Source: the human T2T-CHM13v2.0 reference genome, Homo sapiens
Strand: one strand, 5' to 3'
NCBI RefSeq assembly: GCF_009914755.1
Contig: NC_060934.1
Length of the DNA: 64,000 bases
Shown here: positions 27,500 to 40,379 of the stretch, one piece after another
Numbering within the stretch: the stretch's first letter is position 1
Layout: each line of letters begins with the position of its first letter
Made by a program: the position numbers and the translations under genes
The notes under the pieces: generated by a model
Seen by the model: the letters and a program-made list of their open reading frames with translations, nothing else
The model's database searches: none
Told to the model about the DNA's origin: nothing

Positions 27500-29200
27500 C
27501 AGGGTAATTTTCTCTCCAAGGAACACTATTTAGGCCCTGTAGGGAACACAAAGAAGACTCTAATATAGCTCAGATACAGATCTACATATGTGTATGTGTG
27601 TGCATGTGTGTGTATACAGACATAGCTCTCTGTCTCCAAGGAGCCAACAACATACTATAAGAGATTAAATGGTAAGTGCCCTATAAAAGCTATAAATCAG
27701 TTTCCAAATGAACCCAAAAGTGGAAATCAGGAAAGACTGTATGAAATAATTAATATTTGGAGACTGTGTAAAATTTTGAGACATAAAATTGAGTTAGTAT
27801 AAGCAAAGGCAGAAAGATAAAGGCTGAATGTGTCTGCAGAACATAGAGCAAAGAAATGAATTTTGTTGGGCCAAAAGTTACATACAGAACACTACTGAAG
27901 ATAATTCTGGAAAAGTAGTCTAGGATCAAATTTTTAAAGATCCTCAATGGGATACTAAAAAGACTGACCTGAATTCCATGGAAAATGAGGAGATGCTGAA
28001 TATTTTTAAGCAGATCACATGATGAAGGCAACATTTTAGAAACATTAATCTAAAGCAGTAGGTTCAGTGCTAAGGTGAGAACTAGAATTTGAGAAACCAA
28101 TTAACAGTTTACTAGAGTAGCTGAGGCTAGAGGTAATGGGAAACCGGAATAGACTGGTGACAGACGAAAGAAAAAGAAAAAAACAATACTAGAAACATCA
28201 GAGAAAAATTCAAAGATTAGGAACTCTTTCCATTTTTCTTAGGCAAACATACTGAATAAGAATGGTATATTTGGGATATCGACTTTTGGATTTCCCACTC
28301 CTTACTTCACTGAAGTTTTGTCTTTATCCCTACCCCTAACCATTGGTGGAAACAATTCTGTCCAAAATTTCCAGTTCCTGTCTTATTGCTCAATCCAATG
28401 AAACCGTCTATGGTTACTTTCTGGCTCTTTCCGATGCTTCAGACTCTCTGCTCTCTCTAACAACATTCATGATACCATATGCTCATCATTCTTATGTTTC
28501 TCTGAAGGATGTTTTAATTCAATCACTTTTATACATGCTTTCTGCTTATGTCTTAGATGGCAGGATGACCTTACCCAACTGTTGTTTATGTTTGTTATTA
28601 TTTGTTTAATTCACTTTAATTATTTAAATAATTATAGGTTGGCAACTCTCCAATCTATATTTCTGTCTATATTCTGAACACTTTTTAAGTTCTACATTCA
28701 TAAATAACACTCCTAAACATATTCATTGGCTTTCCACTAATACCTCATAATTAATAAGCTCAAAACTGGAAACTTCAAATTGCTCTAAACTAGGTTTTTC
28801 TGATTTTAATCTAATCTCAATGAATAAAATTATCATACACTTTGTCACACAAGTCAGAATATGAAATCATCTTTGATTTATTCCTTTATTTTAAATGAAA
28901 TAAAAGACTAAGACATGTTAATTTTATCTCCAAAACATTTCCCCAGAATAACCATTTCCATCATGTTTTAACTGGTAATTGCATAATTTAATAATTGGTA
29001 CCCCAGAATCTTTCCTCAGTCAAATTAAATTTGTCCTTTACATAAAGCAAAGTGATCAATGTAAAATTTGGATCTGTTCACAACATCCCTTTCTTTAAAT
29101 GCTTCACAGACTCTTTATTCCCTTCAGAATAAAATCCAAGCCCCTTAGAAGAACATATAATATCCTTAATGAAGTGATTACTTCTCTATACTCATGCCCA
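27500..29200. mobile_element. L2 LINE fragments (two orientations)
   Basis: 'tttaagcagatcacatgatg...ttttagaaacattaatct' and 'cagaataaaatccaagcccctt' L2 motifs. Confidence 0.6.
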
Positions 29201-30015
29201 AGACTCATGACACACGACTTAAATTGAATCAAGGAATTAAAAAGTAAGTGCAGTTCTTAAATATCATGTGTTTATTATTAAAATACTAGTATAGTATGCA
29301 ACTAAACAAATTGATCACTTAATTTTCTGTCTATATTATTTAAATATATAAAAATGTTGTTATTTTGAAAGGATAGTTTTCATAAAGTTATTTAGCAGAT
29401 TTTTCATAAAGTTATTCAGTATGACTTTCTTTTGATACTCATACTGAGGATCTATGTAACTGTTTGAAAGTTAATAATTACTGTGAATATAAAGTGCACA
29501 ACTTTTATAAGTATCATTAATTATTGCAGGATTGTACTATTGCAATAATAACTATACAGTTTACTTTAACAAAGATAGAATTTCAATATGTAAAGGACAT
29601 AAGGAGATTTTTGCTCCAATATATATTGCATACTTGCCTATGTTTAAAGTGAATAATCAGATTAACAATAAATCTCAAAGACATACTCTGCTCACATTAC
29701 TGAAAAGGCTATGCTGATTAAGTTTGATGCTAAACAACCTGATTTCATCATCATTTATCACTGGTGAGACTAAAAATTTCAGAACCATTGTTGAAACAGT
29801 CATTCAGTAATTCAGTCTTCCTAAGTCTGAGGCCAAAACTGAAGTCAAATTTCAGAATTTGGCTAACTATCAAGGCCAAACATAGCTGCGTCTTTAATAT
29901 TTTATTCAGCATCAGTTCTAATAATGTTTTAGTGGAAAACATTCATATTCTTTGCCCTAGTGGAATTTACAGTGCAGTAGAGTAAACAAATTACAAATCA
30001 ATAAATAAACAAATA

Positions 30016-30448
30016 CAGTCTGTCCTAGTTACTCACAGATGCTGTATTTTTTAATTCATCTACTTGCTAACATGTACTTGTTGACCAAAGTCAGTACTCA
30101 CAATGCTTTCACAACAGGCTCACAGCAGATAAAAATATGAGTCATCCAAGGCACATGTTCCCAGATGAGGTTGAGCAAGCTGACTCTCTGCCTTCTTTTT
30201 TCAACTCCCATTCTGTAAACAAGTGTCCTTTTCATAGTCCATTTATTGCTATATGTTTTATATTTTTGTGCTTTTTCCTGGTGATTTTCTTATTTAAAAT
30301 GGCCCCCAAGCATAGTGCTGAAGTATTGTCTAGTGTCCCTAAAAGCAAGAAGGCTGTGATGTTCCTTAGGGCGAATATGCATGTATTAGAACAGCTTCAT
30401 TTAGGCATGAGGTATAGTGCTTTTGGCCATGAGTTTATGTTAATGAAT

Positions 30449-30496
<48 letters not shown>

Positions 30497-30608
30497 AATG
30501 AATTAACTATATATATATATAAAATATTTGTTCAATAAATATTTGCTAATTTGGTATTTGTGGGGACTTTGTAGAAGATGATTACCTCAAATAATGAGAA
30601 TTGACTCT
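30016..30608 (-). mobile_element. MER82 (TcMar-Tigger) non-autonomous DNA transposon containing a (TA)n microsatellite
   Basis: 'aaaatggcccccaagcatagtgctgaagt...aagaaggctgtgatg'; terminus 'aataatgagaattgact'. Confidence 0.8.
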
Positions 30609-30889
30609 AAATAATGATATATTGTGCTAGAGTTATTATTCCTGGAAATGAAAAGGAATAGAATAATATTTTAGAAAATATTTGTAGAGGTAGATGCGTG
30701 TTTAGAATTGGAGATAAGAAAAACTTTTCTTAAAAATTATAGGCTATTACAGGCATACTAAAAAGGAAAATAAAATCTAAAAGATTTTAGGAGCCCAGCA
30801 GAGAATTAGATTAGTAAAATTTACAATCAACTGAAGGTAACAGGGGGATTTTCTCAATGCTTTCATAATTTCCTTACCAATATAAGCGT

Positions 30890-30969
30890 TGAGATACATA
30901 TATATATATATATACATGTATCTCATATATATATGAGATACACATATATGTGTATATATACATATATAC

Positions 30970-31002
<33 letters not shown>
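30890..31002. repeat. (TA)n microsatellite with embedded palindromes
   Basis: Directly visible. Confidence 0.9.
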
Positions 31003-31004
<2 letters not shown>

Positions 31005-31547
31005 GCGTGAGAGAATTAGAAGTTACCTGCAGCCCCAACTTGCCTGCCAACAAATTAAAGTAATTCACTTGGAAAAAGACTGTCTTTCAAACTTATTAAG
31101 ACAAGTGGAAATTCCAACCACTACATTATGCATAAATAACCTAATACAGTATACACCATCTTGATGAGAATTCTGCTGATTATAAATAAATATTATTATT
31201 ATGTAAATCAACAAAAATGCAGTGGATTTAATGTTTCTTTAGTCTTTTTAATTTGGGATTGAACTGTCGTTAAAACTTGTCATTTTATTTTTATTTTTAT
31301 ATTAACTTTGATGGGTTCAACAATAAATGGTGAACTGGAACTCACCCATGCTTTCTGTAGTACAGCTACTTGTGAAACATGTGTGCCAGAGATCCATTCT
31401 GCTTTGGTTCAAATCCTGGTTTAAGAACTTATTGGCTGATGACCTTATAAACATTGCCCACAAAAAAATGTAGAACCAAACGTTGCTAACTGCTAAATAA
31501 ATATTACCTATTATTAGCATACACTTTAAAAGCTTTTACCCAAAACA

Positions 31548-32582
31548 ACATTAGGGAAATATAATTAAAAACAAAATCACCTCCCAATCCAGAAAACCTC
31601 TTCATAAGAGTAGAAGACAAAACAAAATATTATTGAAAAAACATTTGGCTAGGCGCGGTGGCTCACGCCTGTAATCCCAGCACTTTGGGAGGCCAAGACA
31701 GGTGGATCACTTGAGGTCAGGAGTTCAAGACCAGCCGAGCCTGAGGCCAGGAGTTTGAAATCAGCCTGACCAATATGATGAAATCCCATCTCTATTAAAA
31801 TACAAAAATTAGCTGGGTGTGGTGGCATGTGCCTGTAATCCCAGCTACTCAGGAGGCTGGGACAGAAGAATGGCATGAACCCAGGAGGCGGAGGTTGCAG
31901 TGAGCCAAGATTGCGCCATTGCACTCCAGCCTGGGCAACAAGAGCAAAACTCCATCTCAAAAAAAAAAGAAAGAAAGAAAAAGAAAAAACATTCAACAAG
32001 AATATGATGTGCATCCTAGGCAATCCTCTAGCAGACAGCAAAGGCCGAAAGAAAGCTTATCCTTTTGTATTGTAAAGCAGATATAACCATTACAGGAAGG
32101 TTCTCAACATAAACAATAACTAGTCTTCAAGTAAGAGGACATAACAGCCCAATATGTCACTCATGGCTCATCCTAAATTTATTTGGTGATTGGGGAGACA
32201 ACCTATGCTTGCTAATTGGCTTTATCCAGTGAAAAATTAAACATCACATGCTTTATGATGAGGCAGTTTTGAAACTTGGACTAACTTGCCTAAGTTAGGC
32301 TCCTACATTCTCACAGAAACTGGAAGATAAGGATGCTGTCTCTCTTGATGTATACATTTCGAAGGCATGGTTCCCAGATCTTGAGGAAGGTATAAAAGCT
32401 GATAAGAAGCTTATTCAGCTTGTAAAAAGATTTACATACATTTCAAAGGGACAGGGAAAGCCCTTACAATTACAAGTTTTCTAAAGTAAATGTTCAAGGA
32501 AAAGGGAGGAGGTGAGGAGTCTCTTCTCTTATTTTCAATAGAGATTTAAGACTCTTCTTTGCAATTCGTATTTGCTCTTATA
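31548..32582 (-). mobile_element. ERV1/MER4-group solo LTR interrupted by an Alu
   Basis: 'atttacatacatttcaaagggacag...ttacaattacaagttttctaaagtaaatg' MER4-group motifs on both sides of the Alu. Confidence 0.65.
31647..31989 (+). mobile_element. AluSq-like element with duplicated B-box region
   Basis: Dimer; 'caacaagagc' diagnostic; TSD aaaaaacatt. Confidence 0.95.
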
Positions 32583-33031
32583 ATCTCAATACCCATAAGA
32601 AAACCTAACATTCATATGTGTTTAAAAATTTGCACCGAAGTTCTACAACATTCTCCTTTCTAAAAGTTTTAAATTTATTTTCTTTTCATGGTCCTGAATC
32701 TAATAATTGACCCAATTGCTCCTCTAAAGTGGGGATAAGCAGCATACACTACTCAATCCAATTTAGTTATAGAATAACTAAAATTTGTATTGTGCTGCTT
32801 TCTACAGGTACATTTCCTTGGTGACATTTTTCCTATTTTTCAGGAGAGCACTCAGCAAGGGTGCACACTGGCCTGACACTGCCAGCAGCCTCGTGGACTA
32901 GCTGGGGTGAGCGGGTAGGAGGGTAAAGAGATAAGGTAATGAGCAGCCGCTGTCCTCTCTCCACATTCCTAGGGGATGCTCATCAAATGCATTGATTTCA
33001 AAATCAATGAAACAGAGTGGCTAATTTATTT

Positions 33032-33590
33032 TGACAAAGAAGCTCAATGAAATAAAACTATTTTACCCTAAAATATGGTTTTTGAATATTTTTAAATGGC
33101 TGCCCCAGAGCCAACAGACAGAGAAGGGAGAAGTTTGCGTCTGTAGAGAGCCTTCATTAATGCAGCCCTGCCTCCTCTTTCTAGGCATTTCCCTGGGATC
33201 TAGGAGAGATTGGGATTTGGACACATTTAAAGGTCTGAAAAGAAACAGTTACCATCTATTCTTTTTGAGGACTGCTAACCTATGAGGTTTCATCTGCATA
33301 ACAAGGCCACCTTGGCTACCCAGGCCTCTTCCTTTCTCTCATAACCTGTCTTGCCACTAAACCTGATTTACCAACGTAGACTGTTTCTGGCCATGCTCTA
33401 AGTCTGCACTGTTTCTGTGGCTTTAGGATGGTATATAAGCTTCTGTATCTTATTGTCAGGTTGGGTCTTCCTCCTGAAGCCTCCCGTGAATACATGTTAA
33501 ATACATTATATGCCTTTTTTCCTATTAAGCTGCCTCATAGCAATGATTTTTTTTCAGTGAATCCATAGGAGCCCAAGGGCCTGTGACCTC
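33032..33590 (+). mobile_element. ERV1 LTR (MER34/MER39-like)
   Basis: 'ccctaaaatatgg...aaaggtctgaaaagaaacagttaccatctattc...ggtatataagcttctg...tcagtgaatc'. Confidence 0.7.
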
Positions 33591-35898
33591 ACACAGCCAT
33601 GCCTTTTATTCCCTCTCTACTCCACGCTTTGGCCTGTCCACTGTGTCTATTGGTGGGTTTACAACTACATGTACAAACAGACTCACACAGAGGTGTGTAT
33701 GTGCCCCATGGGCACACACACAAGCTCCTAGGTCCAGCACACCACCTGAAAATATAGGAGAAACTACCAGAATTTTTAAAATAAATTTAATACTTTTAGA
33801 AAGGAGCACCTTATAGAAATTCAGTGTAAATTTTTGTAGTATTGTATGGGTGCCCAAAAAAGTAAAGCAAATCATCTCTACTAGAATTCACTATTTTAAA
33901 GCAGAGAGACAAATTTAAAAATAAACAAATAATAAATAAATAAAGTAAAAGTTATTTTTAATCTCTTCTTTTTCCGGTTCTCTTTAACTGTCCTGATTAA
34001 GGCTATAGTTACATAATTTGATTTAGTCATCAGCACTAGAATGTGATTTAAGACAGGAAGAATATTAGAAACAAATAGAATAAGACAACATCTATGTGGT
34101 ATAATTTGGAAAGCATACTGAGAACTGTTTCTCTAATGTCAGTCTGGCAATTTGCCTGAAATTCCACCATTAGAACTTCATTTAAGTTTCTGGGAATATC
34201 AGTGAAAATTTATAGGCCTCCAAAATTGATAACATGAGGCTATATTCATGGTCATTTGATTCTAAGGGGACCAGTATAACAAAAATATTTACAACATGAA
34301 AGCAGACTGAAAAGCAATGATATAGGGAAACGTTTGAGAGGCGAATACACCCAATATTAAAATCTGATACATGGGATTTATTTCTGAAGGACAGTTCCAG
34401 GAAATGAGACACGTGAGGTATCTAACATATACGGGCAAGGTACTTCTGAAAAGAGGTGGATTCTTAAAAGAGAAAGAAAAACGAGGCCGTAGCTCAACTT
34501 TGCAATCTATATTATTTTGCTTTTATGGATAAGGTAATTCAGAACAAAGCATGAAAATTGTATATTGTCCCTGTCCTTCTAACAGTCATACAGTCAGATG
34601 AGTAGGCTCTGAAGACACTAAAATATAACCGTGAAGGGAAAATCATTTTCACCATAATAATAAAGTATTATTACTGCATTCAGTGTATAAACAAAGAGGC
34701 TTAAACAGACCACATTCTGTCTTTTTTAAGGGATATTTCAACAACCTTCTGAAATATTCACTATTTAAAGGAAGTCAATAATGTCTGTTTTCAAGGCTTA
34801 GAGAGACACATATGTCCCCCCCAAAAATCAGGAAACTATTAAAACAAATTGAATCTTTAAGTTTTATTTTGAAGAGAAGATTATAAAAATATATTTTGTA
34901 GAAAAGATAAAATCTTGACTCTCATACAAATATAAGAGCCAAATTTCTCAGTGATTTTATTTAGTTTATAATCAGTAAGATGTAAAAACTGAACCTGTTT
35001 AAAAGGAGAATTCAGATAACAGTTACATATGGGCAATTAGAAAGACTGATGTCAATTTACTAATGTATACAAAACTGAGCCTTTCCACAGAGGTAAGGCA
35101 GAGAATGAATTGCATCTCCACTGGACAAAATTCAGCTTTGCTTAAATGGACAATAATAAATTGTATTACTATCAATTGTCCAAAATGTACAGAGTTGTAA
35201 AATAATTCAGTTAAAAACTGTGAAAGGAACAGAGCCCTGCAGAAGCAGGTAACTCAAAAGAGTGCCCCAGACAATGTCTAGTATTCCATTAAAAGGACTC
35301 ACAATAATCTGCTTGACCATTTTAAAGCCTTTCACAATCTTTCCCGATATAAATAAGGTGACATGTCTCAAGACTCTTGGCCACAGTCACTGAGACTTTG
35401 GAAAAAAAAAAAACTGGCATATTGACCCGGGTTTAGTCTAATTATCTTTCCCTTCTTTCCATTATCTCAGTGCCACTTTGCTTAATAGGGATCATAAGAT
35501 TTGGGTTCCAGATGCTTCGCTTCCGAGACAGGCTAAGAAAACTTAGTTTAAGGGAAAGCAACTTTAGGATTAAAAGACAATGAAGAAAGTGAATTATCAA
35601 GGTTGAATTACTTGTCACTTTTCACACTTGTAATTTATTACACAAACATGAACTTAGACATTTCTGAGCTACATATAAGGAGAAAATTCTAAACTATTAT
35701 CCCTTTGCTCCTTAAGTGAAAACTTATTCAGTGTTTATCAACTGTAGGTTTTTCCCAATATGAATTCAGAAATGCAAGAAAGCAAAACAGGTGAAAATTA
35801 AATTTACATTTTCAAATGACATTTTCCCATTATACAATATTTCCTTATTTAAAAGAAAACTTAATCATTTGACTCATTCTAAAAGAATTCAAGGATAA

Positions 35899-36266
35899 TG
35901 CTATGGTTTGAATTATGATAGTTTTTCAAAATTAATGTTGAAACTTCATCCCCAATGCAGCAGTATTAAGAAATGCAGAGTTTGGGATGCCTTTGGTGGA
36001 ACACTCATTAATGGGATTAGCACCCTTAAAACTGGGATTGAGGTTGAAGGGGGTTGTCTCTTGTCCTTCCACCTTTCATCGTTTGAGGACACAGCAACAA
36101 GTTGTCATCTTGGAAGCAGAAAGCAGACCTCAGCAGACACTATTGCTTGGGACACCTTGATCTTGGACTTCCCAGCCACCAGAATGATAAGAAATACATT
36201 TCTGTTCTTTATAAATTACCTAGTCTGTGGCATTTTCTTATAGCAGCAAAAAAAGGGGATAAGACA
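35899..36266 (+). mobile_element. MaLR solo LTR (MST/MLT1A-like)
   Basis: TG...CA termini; 'accttgatcttggacttcccagcc...ataaattacctagtctgtgg'. Confidence 0.88.
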
Positions 36267-36367
36267 AATTATTATCCATTCTCCCTTCATTAACTTAGGA
36301 ATTATTTCATTTATTCAAGAACATTTAAGTCTATTCTCCCACGAGCCAAATGCCCTCTTGAGAATTA

Positions 36368-36697
<330 letters not shown>

Positions 36698-37044
36698 CTA
36701 CACATTTTCCTGCTATTTCCCATTCTTGCTGGGAATAGAATTAATGGCAAAGAAGAGATTGCTGGATTTGAGTTTATGTAACTGAATAGCACTCTCCTCT
36801 TTAAAGAGGCATTTGTCTAACACAACCAGCATAAAGACCCAGCTGGCTAATCTAAGCTCATTCAAAATAATCTAGAGGAAGACAGGAATACCACAATTAA
36901 AAGGGTATTTGCATGATATGGAAAAGGCTTTGTAGCCAAGATCTTTTCCACTACAGAGAAGTTTTTGCATTGCAGTTTTGCAGCTATGGGACTAACATAG
37001 TACCTTAACTAGCTCTCTTTCTTGAAGATACATACAAATTAATG

Positions 37045-37503
37045 AAGTTGAGCCTAGAGAACATTATGCTAAGTGAAATAAGCCATGCTCAGAGTGACAA
37101 ATACCATAGGATCTCATTTATAAATGGAATCTTAAAAAGCCTAACTCATAAAAGTAGAGGGTAGAATAGAGGTATCTAGAAAGTTGGTGGGCAGGGTATA
37201 GATGGGGAATGGGAGGCCTTGGTCAAAGGGTATGGTTCAGTTAGACAGGAGGAATAAGTTCTGGCAATCTATTGCACAGCATGGTGACTACAGTCAATAA
37301 TAATGTATTGTATATTTTAAGATAGCTAAAAGAGAGAATTTTTAATATTCTTATCACAGAGAAGTAAATATTTAAGGTAATAGATATAATATTTGAGGTT
37401 AAGTAAACTGATTTGATCATTCCACAATGTATACATCCACCAAAACATCACATTTTGCCACATAAATATGTATTATTATTGGTCAATTAGAAATAAAGTA
37501 AAA
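37045..37503 (+). mobile_element. L1MA-type 3' end
   Basis: 'attatgctaagtgaaataagcc...ctattgcacagcatggtgactacagtcaataataatgtattg'. Confidence 0.88.
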
Positions 37504-37520
37504 CATTACAAAGTAAATGA

Positions 37521-37710
37521 GGCCAGGCATGGTGGCTCACACCTGTAATTCCAGCACTTTGGGAGGCCAAGGTGGGTGGATGACTTGAGGTCAGGCATTT
37601 AAAATCAGCCTGGCCAACATGGTGAAACATCATCTCTACTAAAAATACAAAAATTAGCTGGATGTGGTGGAGCGGGCCTGTAATCCCAGCTAGTAGGGAG
37701 GCTGAGGTAG
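37521..37710 (+). mobile_element. 3'-truncated Alu lacking an A-tail
   Basis: Left arm plus start of right arm; flanking direct repeat aagtaaatgag. Confidence 0.92.
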
Positions 37711-37881
37711 TTGAATCTACTCAAGTAAATGAGTAGAATAGAGCAAAGCTAAGTTTTCAATGTTCAAAATAAAACTCTAATTCTATTAAATCAAACATGT
37801 TTCTGAGAATTTATAAATGAATTCTCATGAATGTATAAGAGTTTCAGAGAAAATCTTCAATTCATGTCCCCATGGAAATAG

Positions 37882-38050
<169 letters not shown>

Positions 38051-39683
38051 TAGTTACATATGAAAAAATATTGCCCCTCTACTCATCCCACCTACCAACC
38101 CCCACTCAAGCAATTAATGAAGAAATATCTACTTGGAAGAGTTCCTCACCATTTGGCCTATCTTCTCCTAAATTCAACAGTATTCTTTGTGTTATCATGT
38201 ATAGTTATACCATTCTTTGACTTAATTAAAATTTTTAGACTTAATTAAAATTTTAATTACATTTAAAAGTTATGGAATTATTTGTTAGCAAATTATAGAT
38301 AGCTGCTAATAAAACGTAAGTGCTAAAATGCAAATCATATCTAAAAGTAAAAGACACTGGAAAACATACCTGCTTTTCATGTGGTTAATCTCAATTTTAT
38401 AAAAGGTTTTGGACAGGAGTTCCATTGTACTATGAGTATTGATACATTGTAGATTTCATCTGCTACAAAACTCTTAATTAGAAATAGAATATTAAAACCC
38501 AGTTAACCTAAGCTATTTTGCACAAAAAAGAAAAAATCAAATAGGAGTTTCCTCTTGTAAATGAACACATGTGTGTTTCTGTTGACATCTTCATGTTTCA
38601 TGTCCAGTCAGAAGCAGCTTGGAACTTACGCAGCCCAAATATCTAGGTAGTAGGCAGTGAGTTTAGTCAGTAGTTGAATGCAGATATAACAGAAAAAAAA
38701 AAATCACAAAGTTATTTCCTGTCTGCTAGGCAAATATCTGGGACTTTTGCAGCAGAAAATCCACCCTAGAACTTAAAGTATAATAAAAAAAAAATTATAT
38801 ATATATATATATATAAAGAAAGAAGACTTAAACAGCAAATACCCTGGGAGAAGTAATACAGTGGCTTTAATTGAAATAATATTATCAGTTGCTACTACTG
38901 GACCCCCTCCTTGAGAATAATGTGGGTTAGGTGACTTTGGGGAGAAAATAGGGAATATGGGAGATAGAAGGGCAAAAGCCCTAGAGATATAATTGAGATG
39001 GAGAAGGAACATTGTGACATCACCTAATTTATCCTTTTTTTTAAATTTTCTGGATCCAGTTTTGCTTATGCCTCTCCTTTCTTAAATTTTCCTAGAAAAT
39101 TATTTTTATGGAGAATTCAAATTTATGCATAAAGCTTGTAGAATGTAGTAGGTAACTCTGCTCCTCAAGAATCAAAGAAATAACCTGGTTTTTGCAGGAC
39201 TTATGAGCTGAACTGTGAGTACAGAATGCTCATGGAAATATTAGGCTAATAGATTATGTTTGTTTATGAAGAATTTTGAAGAAAGCAAAACTTGTCCAAC
39301 CAAATAAGCATTGCCTTTTTAAAGTCTTCTAAAGGGGAAGCTCTGCCACTGTTTTTGATTTTTTTTTTTAATGACCTAAGACTACAGGACATTCTTCTGA
39401 ATATTCTCTTCACATGTTACTTTTTTCATCATGTTTCTCATAAAATTCTAACTCCTCTCTGGATCCACTTCTGAATTTTTATTTAGATGAGATGTTTATT
39501 CTGAATATCAATTAAAATGAATATATATATAGACAGCATCAATATGTCACTGTGGTAAGCAGAATTTTAAGATAGTCCACAAGTTTTCCATCCATTTGTG
39601 TATACACCTTATATAATCCGCTTCCCTTGGGGGCAAGAAGAACCTGTAAATATGACGGTATAACATTTCTATGATTAGGTTAC

Positions 39684-40075
39684 TGTATTCCTTTAATAAG
39701 GTTAGCAAAACAAAACACCACAGACCGAGTGATTAAACACAAACATTTATTTTCTCATAGTTCCAGAAGGTAGAAGTCAGATCAAGTTGTTGACAGGTTT
39801 GGCTTTTTTTCTGAGCCCTCTTTCCTGCCTTGCAGATGGCCATGTTCCCTGGCTGTCTTCACGTGGTCATTTCTTTGTCTATGTGTGGTAGGGGTTTTAA
39901 TCTATCATTTTTAAGAGAACATCAGGCATGTTGAATTACAGTCTATCCATATGACCTCATTGTACCTTAATTACCTCTTTAAATGCCCTATCTTCATATA
40001 CAGTCACATTCTGAGGCACTTGGGGTTAGGAAATCAACATATGAATTTTGAGGTAACATAGTTCAGCCCATAACA
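39684..40075 (-). mobile_element. MLT1 (A/B-like) solo LTR with 5-bp TSD gttac
   Basis: TG...CA ends; gttac at 39679-39683 and 40076-40080. Confidence 0.88.
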
Positions 40076-40125
40076 GTTACTAACCAGTTGATATGGGTTT
40101 GTCACAAAGAAAATTATCTAGGTGA

Positions 40126-40261
40126 GTCCAGTCCTGGTGGCTCATGCTTGTAATCCCAGAACTTTGGAAGGCCAAGGTGGAAGGATCGCTTGAGGCCAGC
40201 AGAAATTTGAGACCAGCCTGGGTAACATAGCAAGACCCCATTTCTAAAGAAAAATAAAAAA
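40126..40261 (+). mobile_element. FLAM / free left Alu monomer
   Basis: Single monomer 'ggatcgcttgaggccag...gcaagacccc' plus A tail; TSD attatctag. Confidence 0.85.
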
Positions 40262-40379
40262 GGAGATTATCTAGATACATAATCTAGATAAGCCCTTAAA
40301 AGGGACTTGTTTGTTCTAGAAGTCAGAGAGGACAAAAGTATGAGAGAGCCTGGGAGAGGCCTGGGAGAGAGCCTGCTTA

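Larger units (their letters stand above)
39551..40375 (+). mobile_element. Old MLT1 LTR split by a younger MLT1 LTR and a FLAM
   Basis: Start 'tgtggtaagcagaattttaagat...atgattaggttac'; resumes at 40081 'taaccagttgat...taagcccttaaaa'. Confidence 0.65.

Noticed and set aside
31649-32041. 130-aa ORF and similar ORFs at 8002, 23978, 36365 and 63287
   Set aside because: Antisense Alu translations.
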